From: the human T2T-CHM13v2.0 reference genome, Homo sapiens
Strand: one strand, 5' to 3'
Assembly: GCF_009914755.1 (NCBI RefSeq)
Contig: NC_060926.1
DNA: 64,000 nucleotides
Part shown: positions 13,094 to 26,147 of the stretch, in pieces
Position numbering within the stretch: the stretch's first letter is position 1
Layout: the number at the start of each line of letters is the position of its first letter
Program-made: the position numbers and the translations under genes
Notes under the pieces: generated by a model
The model's database searches: none
What the model was told of the DNA's origin: nothing
Seen by the model: the letters and a program-made list of their open reading frames with translations, nothing else

Positions 13094-13164
13094 CAGGTGA
13101 TGGTGAAAAATACTCGCTATTCCAACACAGGAGATTGACCTCATTCCATCTGTGCTCCTTTATG

Positions 13165-13790
13165 TGGAGTATGACTGGGAAGTGGGGGTGAGACTAGAGG
13201 CCAGGAGAACAATTTGAAAACTATTATTGTACTAATCCAGGTAACCAGTGGGGAGGACTTGGGTTAAGGCAACATTGACAGACATGAAGAGGAGGTAAAA
13301 GAGACAGATAGGAGGTGAATTGACAGGATCTTAGGAGGAGGCAGAGAGAAGACAGTGAAGGATTAGGTCCAGGTTTCATTTTTGCTTGTTTGGTTTTATT
13401 GTTGTTTTTGAGATGGGGTCTTGCTCTGTCACCCAGGCTGGAGTGCAGTGGTGCGATCATGGCTCACTACAGCCTTGATCACCCGGGCTCAAGAGATCCT
13501 CCCTTCTCAGCCTCCCAAGCAGCTAAGACTACAAGGCACATGCCACTATGTTCAGCTAATATTTTATTTTATTTATTTATTTATTGTAAAGATGAGGTCT
13601 ATGCTGCCCATGCTGGTCTTGAACTTCTGGGCTCAAGTGATCCTCCTGTTCAAGTGATCCTCCTGCCTTGGCCTCTCAATGCTGGGATTATAGGCATGGA
13701 GCATGGCACCTGGCCTAGGTCTAGGTTTCTAATGTAGCAACCTGAGTGGATGATGACATTCTTGACTAAATTTGAAAATCAATAGAAGCA
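13165..13790 (-). mobile_element. L2 fragment interrupted by an AluJ
   Basis: gagactagaggccaggagaacaatttgaaaactatt...taatccagg; resumes after the Alu with gcaacctgagtggatgatgacatt. Confidence 0.55.
13378..13715 (-). mobile_element. AluJ (Jo/Jr-like) with TSD
   Basis: Full dimeric Alu with J-type features (gatcatggctcactacagccttga, ctgggctcaagtgatcctcc). TSD is taggtccaggtttc (13364-13377) / taggtctaggtttc (13716-13729). Confidence 0.93.
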
Positions 13791-13859
13791 CCAAAAAATT
13801 TGTAATTGATAAAATTTGGGGGAGTCTGACTAGACTATGAAAATCTTTCTTCCCTTTGA

Positions 13860-14310
13860 ATTGGCTCCCTCTCACAAAGATGGTCCCCTAGTTAACTGTA
13901 TTTTTTATGTAACCAGGTCCCTTAGCCTTACCCAGTTGATTCTGGGATGGTCATCTATTCCAATTTGAGCCAATCGGATTCTCCTTGGAATTTGGAATTG
14001 GAACTGATAAATACCTAGTCAGTCTCTGGATGTGGCTAATATTGAGGTAACACAAATTTTCAAACCGTGGAGCTGTCCCCTCTAAGAAACAAACAGGAAG
14101 TCAGTTTAGGCAGCTCGGCAGAGAGAAACAGGAAGGAGATGCTGACAGAGAACACGAGCTGCCTGCATTTGCCAGAACTGTTTAGTTTCCACATAAAATA
14201 CTCCAGAAGACTCACTGCCTTTGATTTCACAGAGATACTCCAGAATCCAGCATTCTTCCAACCATTTCCCTTTTCTCTAATTAACTTGTTTTCTTAAACT
14301 TGGCATTCAA
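13860..14310 (+). mobile_element. ERVL LTR, LTR33-like
   Basis: gagccaatcggattctccttggaatttggaattggaactga is typical of LTR33-family LTRs. Confidence 0.55.
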
Positions 14311-14449
14311 TAAAAATATAATATCTAAGAATGTATATATACATATATTAATACATATAAAAATATAACTCCACTGATAATTTCTTATATATTTTCTCAT
14401 AAATAAGTAATTGAAATAATTCAGTCCCCTTGCCCTGAGTACTCTATGT

Positions 14450-14850
14450 CAATCAATACATTCTCACCCAGACAATGTGTCCCAGACTCTGACATGTGCT
14501 GAGGACAATTCAAAAACAGTATAACATTTGGTTCCTGCCACAGAAAGCATAACAAAATGTTTGACACCTGAAAAGTTAAATCCTGTGAGTTTAATAATGA
14601 TATAATACAGAAGATGTCACAAGGCAGTGCTATACATGATTAATCGACAAACAGTTCACACAATAACACTATGTGAGTTCAGAGGCTGAAGAGAGCTGAG
14701 GGCTGGGCGGACAGGGAAACTTCAATACGGAGTGAGGACAGAGGTTGGAGCTTGAAGAATGATTAGGGTTTGCACAGCCAGACAGCAGTAAGGAGTAAGT
14801 GAGAAGCTCTCCATTTTGAGAATGACCATGAACAAAAGCAGTCAGGTAGG
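14450..14850 (-). mobile_element. L2 3' fragment
   Basis: tcaatcaatacatt...atgtgtcccagactctg...ggttcctgcc...gagcttgaagaatgattagggtttg. Confidence 0.5.
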
Positions 14851-16334
14851 GAAATATTTAGAGCCCAGATGCACAAGATCTGAGAAGGATGCTTGATGGA
14901 TAGAAGGGACAATAAAGAATGCTCTAGTCTGCAGAAAATAATTTAGCATTTTATCTCAAAGGGAAAATGCTCTTTGGCTTCCCAAAGAAAAGACTTTACA
15001 CCACTCTGTATCATTTTACACCAATCTCTTTTCTACCTGCCTGCCTTTAAGTTCACCTTGGCCAAAGGGGCACTTACTCCAATGTCAGCAACTGGTGGAG
15101 CTGCTAGGCCAACAATCAGACCCTTGAAAGTTTTGCTTCTGTTGCATTCTGTGGAACTACCAATCCAAGAAAACTCCCCAACTGAGGAGCGTGCAGATAG
15201 GAAAATGTGCTGGACTCTCTGCGGCAGGAATGAACAGCTTGGAGAACAGGAAGGAATGAGCTGGGGACTTGGCAGCTCAGCCACAGCCAGGGTAAACGGA
15301 TTGAGAATGTGAGCCATGTGGAGTACATCAGGGCCAACGTGGCTAAATCTGTGCTGGCCTGTGTCTGACCCTGAAAGAAGGAAATCTTCGTAAGCCGAGG
15401 ACCAGCTCAGCTCCCTGACACATGTGTAAGCAATACCACCCCCACCTGCTCCTTCACACATAGGGTCAGGATTCTCCCTAACAGAACGCAGATGGGAGAG
15501 TCTCCATTTGCCCAGCCAGGACACACCAGCTTGGGCCCCAGCTTCCTCTTCTGAAACAGTAACACATTTCATAATGAATCTTTTAAGACACCAATTGTAA
15601 ATACAAACAAACTTCAAATCCTGCTCTACTGCTGGAAGCTTGTACAATTAAAATGAAAGGAGAAAAAGAACCCTAATCCTTTGAGATGGATGTTCCAATT
15701 CCTGCTCCCCATGCATAATACTAATTTGCTTTTTATTTTATTTCTACTTTTGCACCTACTGTTGGAAGAGAAGTTTCCAGTCTTTAGGTGCATTTATTCA
15801 AACAACCAATCTCCAATATGTAAAGATCTGTTTTGTCAGCATTTTTCTCCTCTCAGATACTTAGGTCATATTTTAAAGGAACTTAAGCCACACAATCACA
15901 AACTGTCCATGTCTTGTCCAGACATCAGCATCACTATTTCCATATGAATCTAGGTCAAGGCAATAGCAAAATGTTAAAAACCCGGCATACCAGGAAGAAA
16001 GGAAACAGCCATGGGAGGGCTCAAATTCATCTCATGGTTCAGTTCTACTGTGTCACACAGAGAAATTCAGACCTGAACACACAAAATCAGTCCTTGCTAT
16101 GATAGGGCCAGCATTTAAGAAACACACAGACTGAAAAGTCCAAATTCAAATTAAATTCTACTCTCCAAAATGCCATAAGTCTTTTTTCTCTCCTCTTTAC
16201 ACCCATTTACACACAGAGAGGGGGAAATAAAGAAAGAGACTTAGGCAAAGCTTGTTAGCACGTAAAAATCAATGAAGCTGCAAAGTCTGTTCTATACAAT
16301 GAAAAATTAATACAAGCTAATTAATTTTGAACTT

Positions 16335-16410
16335 TAATTAATTCATATTTGTAAAGCACTTTGAGATTCTTAAATGAAAGATGGCATAAATGTATTTGGG
16401 TATTGTTTTA
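16335..16410 (+). mobile_element. Ancient MIR3/amniote-SINE-like 3' tail
   Basis: atatttgtaaagcactttgagattcttaaatgaaagatggcataaatg resembles the L2-derived tail TGTAAAGCGCTTTGAGATCCT...GATGAAAGGCGCTAT. Confidence 0.4.
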
Positions 16411-16917
16411 TGATGTCGTTCTGGCCTGCTGAGTTTAGGTGCCACATATGGATATTATTAACACCAAGAATAGTAACTACTATCAATAAAGAACCTCAGA
16501 TAAACTAGGATTGTTTATAAGTTTCTAAATATCAGTTACATTCTGCAGAATACAGTCATTGCAGAGTGGTAGCTGGGGGCATTCTACTATGCCCAGATGG
16601 GAACGAACTTATGATAATACCTAAGTCCTTTTGAACTCATGGGAAAATTGTTAGTACAAGAACCACTCCAAATTAATTGCTAACTAATCCCATTCTATAT
16701 TTCTGCTCCAGCTAAACAAAATTATTCTTGTTTCAAATATAATGCCCTACATGTTCTTACCTGTGTACCTTTGTTCGGCTTTTTCCCACATCAGTAGTGA
16801 CCTTGATCCCATCTCCCCTTATCTAAATCTTGTCCATTCTCTACCATCCTTCTAAAGTGTCACCCTTCCGTGAAGCATTCCTCAAACTCCAGAAGTTCTG
16901 ATTCTTCAGCTTCTTAA

Positions 16918-17246
<329 letters not shown>

Positions 17247-17989
17247 CCATTTATGGAATTCTTAAGAAATGTAGTCTATCAATCAGGATGGCTATGGTTA
17301 TGCAGCAGTAACTCAAAATCCTTATAACTAAAAATGTTTCCTTTTTGCTTATAGCAGGTGAGCAAGGGAGATGAAATAATTTGCCTAAGGTAGAACCTGT
17401 AAGTCATCAATGCAAAACTTGCCCTGATTAGTATTAGTACTTTGGAGAATATTCTGTATTGACCAAATACAAGAAGTGTAACTAAAAAACTGATTCTTCA
17501 AGTTCAATTTCTCTGAGTTTAGAATTGGCAAGATCTTTCTTTCTCCTTGAAGAACCTTTTCTTTTTTTGCTCCTTTGCTTCCCTTTATTGTTATCATTTT
17601 TCAATTTAATGATAGAGACTAAAACATAGTTTCCCTTTTAAATGAAAGAAAAATAATGAAGGTAAGAATGGCCCAAACTCCTAAAAAATCATGTTATTTG
17701 AATTCTTAAAATTTCATATGTAAATTACTTTTCATAGCACTAAAACTTTTATACTTAGAAAATACACCTTACCAAGTTGACATGTAAAACTAGCTCTCTC
17801 TGTAGATTAATAGAAATAAGTGGCAAGTGAATTTATTTTGTATGTTTGTTTTTCTAAATTTACATTTCAGCGATTTTTAAAAAATAACTACCAATGTAAC
17901 ACTTGATCATTGCACATTATTATGTAAAAAACCCCAGAAATTCATAAAGAAGGAAACCAGTCCTTTGTAATCCTGCTATGCGGTGATAC

Positions 17990-18293
17990 CTTTCTGTGCC
18001 CTCACATGCCCTTTTCTTTGCAGGATCACATTCCTGGTGTCCCCTTTTCTTCTTATAAGGACAGCAGTACTATTTGATTAGAGTCCCATCTTATTGGCCT
18101 CATTTTAAATTAATCACTTCTTTGAAGACCCTATTTCCAAATATAGTTATATATATTAGGGCTCAGGCATGTGACCTCATTTAATTAATTATCTGTTTAA
18201 AGGCCTTGTCTCCAAATGTGATCACATTCTAAGTTACTGGGTATTAAGGCTTCAATATATAAATTTTGGGGAAATGCAATTCAGTCCATAGCA
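17990..18293 (-). mobile_element. MaLR LTR MLT1A/MLT1B 5' part with an internal duplication
   Basis: cttataaggacagcag...tccaaat...caattcagtccatagca is the reverse of the TGCTATGGACTGAATTG start. Confidence 0.8.
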
Positions 18294-18368
18294 ACACTAA
18301 TACAGACCATTTCCACAAATAAAAGTGATGCTAAGATTTTATATAATGTATCTGGTATAAGATGTATT

Positions 18369-18448
18369 ATAGGTTGGTGCAAATGTAATTGCGGTTTTTG
18401 CCATTGAAAGTAATGGCAAAAACCGCAATTACGTTTGCACTAACCTAA
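18369..18448. mobile_element. MADE1 (Hsmar1-derived MITE, 80 bp)
   Basis: taggttggtgcaaatgtaattgcggtttttgccatt-gaaagt-aatggcaaaaaccgcaattacgtttgcactaaccta, with TA at the right flank. Confidence 0.95.
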
Positions 18449-18549
18449 TATATTCTTTTTAACTGTAACCACTATCTGATTTCAGAAACTCCTTTTTATG
18501 GAATTTCTCCTTCCCTCCTATCCTTCTTTCCTCTCCCTTGCCCTCTTTT

Positions 18550-18856
18550 ATATTTATTTATTTCTTTATTTTTGAGACAGAGTCTTGCCCTGTCGCCCAG
18601 GCTGGAGTGCAATGGCACAATCTTAGCTCACTGCGACCTCCGCCTCTTGGGTTCAAGCAATTCTCCTTGCCTCAGCCTTCTGAGTAGCTGTGATTACAGA
18701 TGCCCAGCACCATACCAGACTAATTTTTGTATTTTTAGTAGAGACAGGGTTTTGCCATGTTGGCCAGGCTGGTCTCGAACTCCTAACCTCAGGCAATCAG
18801 CTGGCCTCGGCTTCCTAAACTTCTGGGATTACAGGTGTGTGCCACCACGCCCGGCC
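18550..18856 (-). mobile_element. AluS (Sx/Sz-like)
   Basis: Full dimeric Alu ending cacgcccggcc, with a degenerate TSD ccttgccctctttt / ccatgcctcctttt. Confidence 0.92.
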
Positions 18857-21175
18857 CCATGCCTCCTTTTATTCAGTAGAATCTAAATTAAAACAATAAC
18901 AACAAATAGAAAGTATAATACATGAGATGACACCTCCCATTTTACAGAAGTGAAGAAATGAAAACAGAGAGACTCACAGAGATTTGAAGTACCTTTTGCC
19001 CAAGCTGGCATGAGGAGCCTCTCTCGGGGCTGCTGCCTAAGGATGGGGAAACTGGAGGAGGACAGCAAGCAAGCACAATGGGGGCACATGCTAGCTCTGG
19101 CGGCCCCACAACTGGAAATATAGCTGTGTCAGACTACACCAATCATAGTAAAAAAACCAGTGACATTTCTGGAACCCAAATCCATACCTTTGCCCCAAGG
19201 AGAGCCCAAGGCTTCTCATGAGTGCTCTTCGCACGGTCATTTTCTTGCTCATCTCTTAGAGGTCTTGTCTTGGACCAAAGGCACCCCCAAAAGTTGTTCA
19301 GTCTCTTTACTGACATCCGTCCCCAAGGCTATACAGAATAGCTCCATTGTTTCAGTATTAATTTGGGGGTACTCTTTTTTTCTGCTCAAATAGGCATCAC
19401 ATCAAAGTGAGGAAAAATACACTCTCCCTAAACACCTTATGTTAGCAAATCATGAACAGAGGTGCTGGAGCCCTCAGATTCTTACAGATGTAATTCCACA
19501 TTTGACTGGCTTTTGACAGCCACTACCACCAGGGTTCTAACAAAGTTCCTAGGAGTTTGGACTCAACGACAAAACATTGTGTGATACTGCACAATACCAG
19601 GATCCAAATTAAGTCTGTCTTCTAGCCAGCTACTCCCCCTCTTTCAAATCCCCACAGGTAGTTTTCTTCCCCATAAATTATGCTGTTAGAGAAGCTCAGG
19701 GCTGGTTCTCATTCCCTAGATTCTCAGTATCTTGGTCTCATGATGAGTTGTTGCATCTAGTTATTATTCTCCCTGAGATTATTAGGGACTATGCCAACAG
19801 AATCATTTGCATCCCTGGAAACATGCCAATATATATCCGAAGTTGCAATGAGCATGAAGTTTAGGGCATTATTGGAATTCTGCTACATAAAGCCATTTGA
19901 CAGGTCTCATGTGCCCCAGTATGAGGATAAGTACTCTCATTCTAGAAAGTGGTGGCTCTCCACAAAAATCCAAGGAAAGTGACAAAACTGCACAAAATGC
20001 TGTCTCTTGAAACCTAGCCTCGGATATGTTGGGAGGTTAAATTATCCATCCAGAGATTAATACACAGGACTTGTGAAATGTCTAACACTAAGAGTGATTG
20101 GTGAAACACCAAACACATCAAAATATGATCTCAAAGTGCTCTCTTTGCACAAATTTCCTGCTTATATTTTAACTGGTTTCAAAACTTCACTCTACTTATT
20201 ATCCTCCCTATATGATTTAGACTGAAGGCCCCCACCACCCATAAACACAATCTCCAAATACTCCTATTATCTCCTCTCCATGTCTCTGGCTCATACCCTA
20301 GAGCAAACTCAGCCACTACCTCAGTGGCTGGTTGATAGTAGGTGCTCAATTATATTTCTAGAATGAATAAACATGAAAGCAAGAGAAAGTCAGGTCCAGA
20401 ATATATGACACCTTTCTATCTTGAAGTACAATCAATGAGAAGATGTATGCTGGCCAGCTAACAGTGTAAAGTGAATGGGGTTTTCAATCTACCCAACTCC
20501 CACTAGAGTTAAAAAGGCATCTTAGTTTCCAATTGTATCTTCAGTTAGGGGTTATGAATTGAGGTGGACTGGAGTCCCCTAAAAGTCACATCCTTCACCT
20601 TGTTCTAAGGTACATCTGAGCTGCTGTGGGTGGGGTTGGAGGCTGGAGGAGCGGGGGCCGGGTTGTGGGGGGACAATGCGGAGGCGGGTCTCCACCACCT
20701 TTCCCTTTCCCCGTTGAGCCCTGGAAGGAGGGTTGTCGGCATAGGTGTCATGAACCCTTTGATTCACAGCTTTCTCATCTAGCTGCACAATGCTTTGGTG
20801 CCTTAATAAGATTCAGCTGAAAAGAGACTTCTTCACAAATTGAAAGAGAAAATCTGTTTGGACATTTTTAAGGGAAATGGGGAAAAAAACCTCTGGGCTT
20901 TTTTGCATTCTTTTTTCTTTTAAAGTTGTTTCTGTCTCTTAGCAGCTCTCCACCTTTATGTTCGTGACAACTAACTAGATCTTGGGGAAATAAAACAAAA
21001 GAAATAATGAGAAAATATTTATGTTTTAGATTCATGGGTTTGAAGGTCCAACTAGGACCCCACCCAACTGATGTTTTTTAGCATGGTATTTTTGTTTAAT
21101 TAGTAATTCTAGGCATAAGTTAACAGTCTCTTATTGCCGTTAAAGAAATTTCATTTAAAGATTGTGTGTTTTTAA

Positions 21176-22375
21176 CCTTTACTTTTTATTGAGGTGTGAT
21201 TTACACATAATAAAAGACAAAGATTTCAACCCTTCAATTCTATGCATTTGACAACTTCATAAATCCATAAAACTCAACCAAAATAAGATACAGAACACAC
21301 CTATCAGCACTTCCCATCCCTTTCTAGTCAATTTCCTCTAACCCTAATGGGGAACTTTCTTATTTCTGTCACTTTATATTAGTTTTGCCTGGTCCTGATC
21401 TAATTAAAATGTAATATATTATGTATTCCTCTATATTTGGCTTTTGTTCAATATGTTTTAGAAATTCATCTACTTGTATCAATATGCTCATTTTAATAAC
21501 TAAGTAGTATACCACAATTTATTCTCCTGTTGAATATAGTGGGTTGTTCAGATTTTAGTAGTTATCAATGAGGCTGTTGTGGACATTCTTGCATGAGCCT
21601 TTTCTGTGGAACATCTGTCTATAATTCTCTTGGGTAAGTACCTATGAGTGAAATTGGTGAGCTGGAAGGAAGTTATATATTTAGCTTTTAAAAAACCCTA
21701 CCAAAACAACTTTTCAAAGTGGTTTTACCATTTTATGCTTCCATCAGCATTGTATGAGCATTCCAGTTGCTCCACATCCTTGAAGCTCTTGGTATGGCTA
21801 TTATTTCTCATTATAAAAAACCCATCTCAAAAGATGTAAAATTGTGCATTATTAATGTGTTAATTTGTTTAATTTATATTTTTATAATGACTAATGATAT
21901 TGAGCAACTTTTTATTTATTGACCACTTGTGTATATCCCTTTGTAAAATGTCTGTTCAAATTGTTTGCCACTTCTTAATTAGGATATTTGTCTTCTTATT
22001 GTATAATTTTTGGAGTTTTTATACATTCTGAATGAGGTTCTCATTAATGTATATGTTTAGGGATATTAAGTTTGTGGCTTGTGATTCATTTTCTTAATGG
22101 TCTATATATTCAAAGAAAGGTTTTAATTTTGTTAAGGTACAATTTCTAATTTTTGCCTTTTATAGTTTTTGTTTGTTCTCTTATGTTTAAATATTTTTTG
22201 CCTAACCCAAGGTCATGAATATATTTTCCTATTCACTTTTTGAAGCTTTATAGTCTTGCCTTTTACATTTAGAACCACAACTTATCTCAATTTAGCTTTT
22301 GTGTATGGGTGAGACAAGGGTCTAGGTTCTATTTATGCCCATATAGATATGCAGTTTCTCCAGCACATTTCTTTT
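21176..22375 (-). mobile_element. Old L1 (L1MB/L1ME-type) 3' end and ORF2 C-terminal remnant
   Basis: tttttattgaggtgtgatttacacataataaa...; ggttttaccattttatgcttccatcagcattgtatgagcattccagttgctccacatcct; ctccagcacattt. Confidence 0.85.
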
Positions 22376-22399
22376 GATGTCATCTATCCTGTATTTAAG

Positions 22400-23657
22400 A
22401 CTTTTATTTTGAGATATACAGTCACATAATTGTCCACATATGGGATAATATAGAGAGCTCCCATATATCCTTTGCCACATTTTCCCCATTGCTCATATCT
22501 TGCAAAGCTGTAGTACAGTATCACAACCAAAATACTGACACTGATACAGTCAAGATTCAGAATATTTCCATCACCACAAGATCCCTCATATTGCCCTTTC
22601 AGAGCCACACTTATCTCCCTCTAACACCCTTAACCACTGGCAAGCACTTATCTGTTCTTCATTTCTACAACTTTGTCATTTCAGGAATAATATATAAGTG
22701 AAGCCATACAGTACGTAATCTTTGAGGATAGACTTCCATAGTATGGGTGTACCACAGTTTGTGTAATCGTTCACCTTTTGCCAAACATATGGGTTATTTC
22801 CAGTTTTTGAGTATTACGAATAAAATTATTATAACATTTGTGTACAGGTTCTTGTGTGAATATAAGTTTTTGTTTCTCTGGGATACATGCCCAGTTGTTT
22901 GGTAGTTGCTTGTTTAGATATTTAAGTAAGTACCAAACAGTTTTCCACAGTAGCTGTAATATTTTGTATTCCTGTGAGCAACGTATGCATGATCCAGGTC
23001 CTCTACATCTTCTCCAGCACTTGGTGTTGTATTTTTTATTTTAGACATTAGACAGATATATAGTGATGTTTCACTGTGGTTTTAATTTATATTTCCATAA
23101 TGGCTGATAATGTTTAACATATTTTATGTGTTTATTTGCTTATTTGACATCTGTACATTCTCTTCTGTGAAATGTCTCTTCATGTCTTGTATCAATTTCC
23201 TAATTGGTCTGTTTGTTTTACTGGTGGTTTTTGAGAATTCTTTATGTATTCTAGCAGTAAGTCCTTTGTTGGACATATGGTTTGAGGGTATTTTCTCCCA
23301 GTCTGAACCTATAATTTTTATCCTCTTACCATGGTCTTATTCAGAATAAAATAAAGTCCAGGTTTGTAAGTTTTTGTTTTGCCTTTTGTGGATTTTGTTT
23401 TAGTGGCAAGTATAAAATTATTCTGCCTAGCATGAGATCCCAAAGGTTTTCTTCCACTTTTAGAAAAATTTTTAGAGTTTTACATTTTTAAGTTCATGAT
23501 ATATTTTTGAGGGTTTTTTGCATAATGTGTGAGAATTAGGTCAAGGTTTATTTATTTATTTGTTTTGCCTATGGATATCCAATTCCTTCAGCACTGCTTG
23601 TCAAAACAACTATCTTCCCTCTATTAAATTATTTGCACCTTTATAAAAAATCAATTG
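22400..23657 (-). mobile_element. Old L1 (L1MC/L1MD-type) 3' end and ORF2 remnant
   Basis: gtagtacagtatcacaaccaaaatactgacactgatacagtcaagattcagaatatttccatcaccacaagatccctc; ends ttgcacctttataaaaaatcaattg. Confidence 0.85.
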
Positions 23658-23659
23658 AG

Positions 23660-24010
23660 AGTTGAAGTCTGTGGACCTGGTGGCATAGGAACCTCTAAAA
23701 GTTCTCTCCTTCATTAAAGCAATAAAGACACTGGTGAAAAATTATCGAAATCAACTCTCTCAGTACTCTGGAAGTTAACCAAAGCTTGCAATAATTCCTA
23801 GGCATTATTTAAAGAAAAGTGGCTGAATCTCGGTAAGCCCAGCACACTTCATGGTGTTTTTAATTGCCTGATTTCTGCCTCCCTCTCCCCAGCTGTGCTG
23901 TAGCCTTGAAACACAAAAGCTTACAATCATGATGAAACCAGCACACTAGTAGTAACTGATGAGTACAGAATAGGATTGGAGCTTTTCCAAAGCCCTATTT
24001 CCAACTTGTA
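23660..24010 (+). mobile_element. Old L1 (L1MC/L1MD-type) 5' UTR fragment
   Basis: actctggaagttaaccaaagcttgca...aagaaaagtggctgaatctcggtaag...tggtgtttttaattgcc. Confidence 0.6.
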
Positions 24011-24199
24011 GTGTTTGAAAAGCAACAATTCATCTTGTATAATATGTGGTGATAGCAACATCATGACTATTTCCCAAGGGCCTGCTCTGTGTTAGTCTCC
24101 GAAGAGACATAAATGAGAAGCCTCTGCTATGTTCTGCAAAGGAATTTGCTGTCTTCAGTGGTTCAGGGAGAGACAGACATATTTAAAATCATGTGTTCA

Positions 24200-24960
24200 G
24201 TCTCACCTCTCTTTTCTTTACATTCTCTACATTTTCCCAAGGCAATCATATGATGGGCACATCAGATGATTTCAACTTTCATCTAGATTTTAAGGACTAT
24301 AAAATCTGTAAGCTTTGGCAACATTTTCCTCTTAGAATTCCAGCCCCGTATATCCAACTGAATAGCAGATAGCAGTAGCTGAGTTTCCCCACAGAGAACT
24401 TCAATGCAATGTGTCCAAAGCTGAAGTCATCATCTTTCCCTCCCAAATCTGCTTTCCTTCTGCAGGCCCTATCTTGGTACATGTATTTCCTCAAACTAAG
24501 CTTTCTAAAATTTCATTCAGATGACCTCATTAGACTCCTTAAAAACTGTCATACAGTTCCACAGTAGACAAGCTGCATTTCTGTATCAGCGTCTTTGCAG
24601 TGGCTAATCCCTCAAATTAGAATGCCCTTCTCTAGATAGCCACTTGTCTTACCCTTTCATTTTGTTTAGGCCTTTTTTTGTCAAGTTTTGTCTGGTTAGA
24701 GATGACTCCTCTAACTGCCTGTATAAAATTATAAAATAACATCCCTCTGTTTTCATCTTTCATGGCATTTATCATTCACATTGTGTGTCCATCTGTGTTT
24801 GTGTGTGTGTGTGTTTGTCTGTATGCTTTCCTTCTATTTATTTTTCTCTCTCCACCAGAATATAAGCTCCTTAGGAACAAGTCTTTATTTTGTTCACTGT
24901 TGTACCTCCAGTGTTATGAAAGTTCTCATCACACAGATGCCTTTGATTAATATTTTTAAA
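24200..24960 (+). mobile_element. L2 fragments
   Basis: atatccaactg...tcaatgcaatgtgtccaaagctgaagtcatcatctttccc; ccaccagaatataagctcctt...ttttgttcactgttgtacctccagtg. Confidence 0.7.
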
Positions 24961-25002
24961 TATTTATCTAGCCCCAGCCTAGACTCTTTCTTTTCTTTTT
25001 AA

Positions 25003-25170
25003 CAGGAACACAAAACCTTTCCCAGAAGTCCCTTGAAATATTCCTCTTTTGTTTCATAGGCCAAAAATTTGTTACATGGCATCCCTACAATAAAGAGAGG
25101 CTGATAAACTTTGAGCTTTTGTCCCCTATAGCTAAAGGAGGCAAGGGAGAAGGGATTGGGAATAGATTTG
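25003..25170 (-). mobile_element. MLT1J/K-type LTR fragment
   Basis: ctttcccagaagtccc...tcataggccaaaaatttgttacatggcatcccta. Confidence 0.5.
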
Positions 25171-26147
25171 GTGTAGGCATTCATTGGTGACCACCATTCC
25201 AATCCCATTCCTCACCTAGTTGGGTCTTGCCACTGTCTTTTTAATCTTTTAGTTCAAACATCATTTCCTTGAGAATCTCTCCCCTGACCACCTCATCTAC
25301 AATGTTCACTTCAGGTTCTTTCATTAAAAAATTTCACTGAACAATTTTTCAGTTATGATTTATAAATGTCACTTCTGCTCCCTCTTCCTGGAATTATCTT
25401 TTGCAGTTTTTCATCTAGCTGACTTCTCAGCTCAAACGTACAAGAAGCCTCCCTATGCCATCCCCTGTAAAATAGTACCACCTCCCAACCATGTAACTTT
25501 TGATTTCATTGACTGATTTATTTTCTTCATAGCATTTATAGATATCTGAAATTATTTATTTATTAGTTTATTGCCTGTTTTCTCCAGTAGAGTATAATAT
25601 TGATAAGATAAAGTGCTTTTCTGCTTTGGACCACATGGCAGAAAATAGTGAGTGGCCTTTGTTAAAATTAACACTTCTTATAGTCCCAAAAAGTTAAATT
25701 TTGAAGACATGTTAGTAAATAAACCAAAAGCAAAATGTATGCTGTCATGAGCACTTCTACCTCACTCCAAATAAGTGATTGAGTAACATGAGTTCTGAGA
25801 CTTTTCTGACCTAAAGTCTGATGATAAAAGGTCAAAGTCAAGAGACATTAAAATCTAGGGCTATAGCATTCAACTCTGAAAACTGCCCAAAGGAGTCAGA
25901 AAATTGGGTTGAACATTTATCACAATTTGATAATATCTTGATTCATACAGAAATGTATAAAATTCCAAATACAGATATTCAAGAAATGTGGAATGGCTCC
26001 AAGAACCATATCAAGCCTTTGATAAATAATTTATCCAATTCCTGACATGTAAAGCATCAGGTTAAATAGGGTTATATTTTTTAATTGGGAAAATTGACCA
26101 TCATAATGTGTAACTCATCAGGATGGAAGTCATTCTGAGGTCATGCT

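Noticed and set aside
13390-13737. ORFs with [11 protein letters not shown]-type peptides (also near 16993, 18572, 27041, 29073, 36519 and 45890)
   Set aside because: They are translations of antisense Alu sequence, not genes.
15033-15647. 204-aa minus-strand ORF and the overlapping 112-aa plus-strand ORF
   Set aside because: Both start at non-ATG codons, show no recognisable domain and have no clear exon structure. ORFs of this size can occur by chance in 64 kb.
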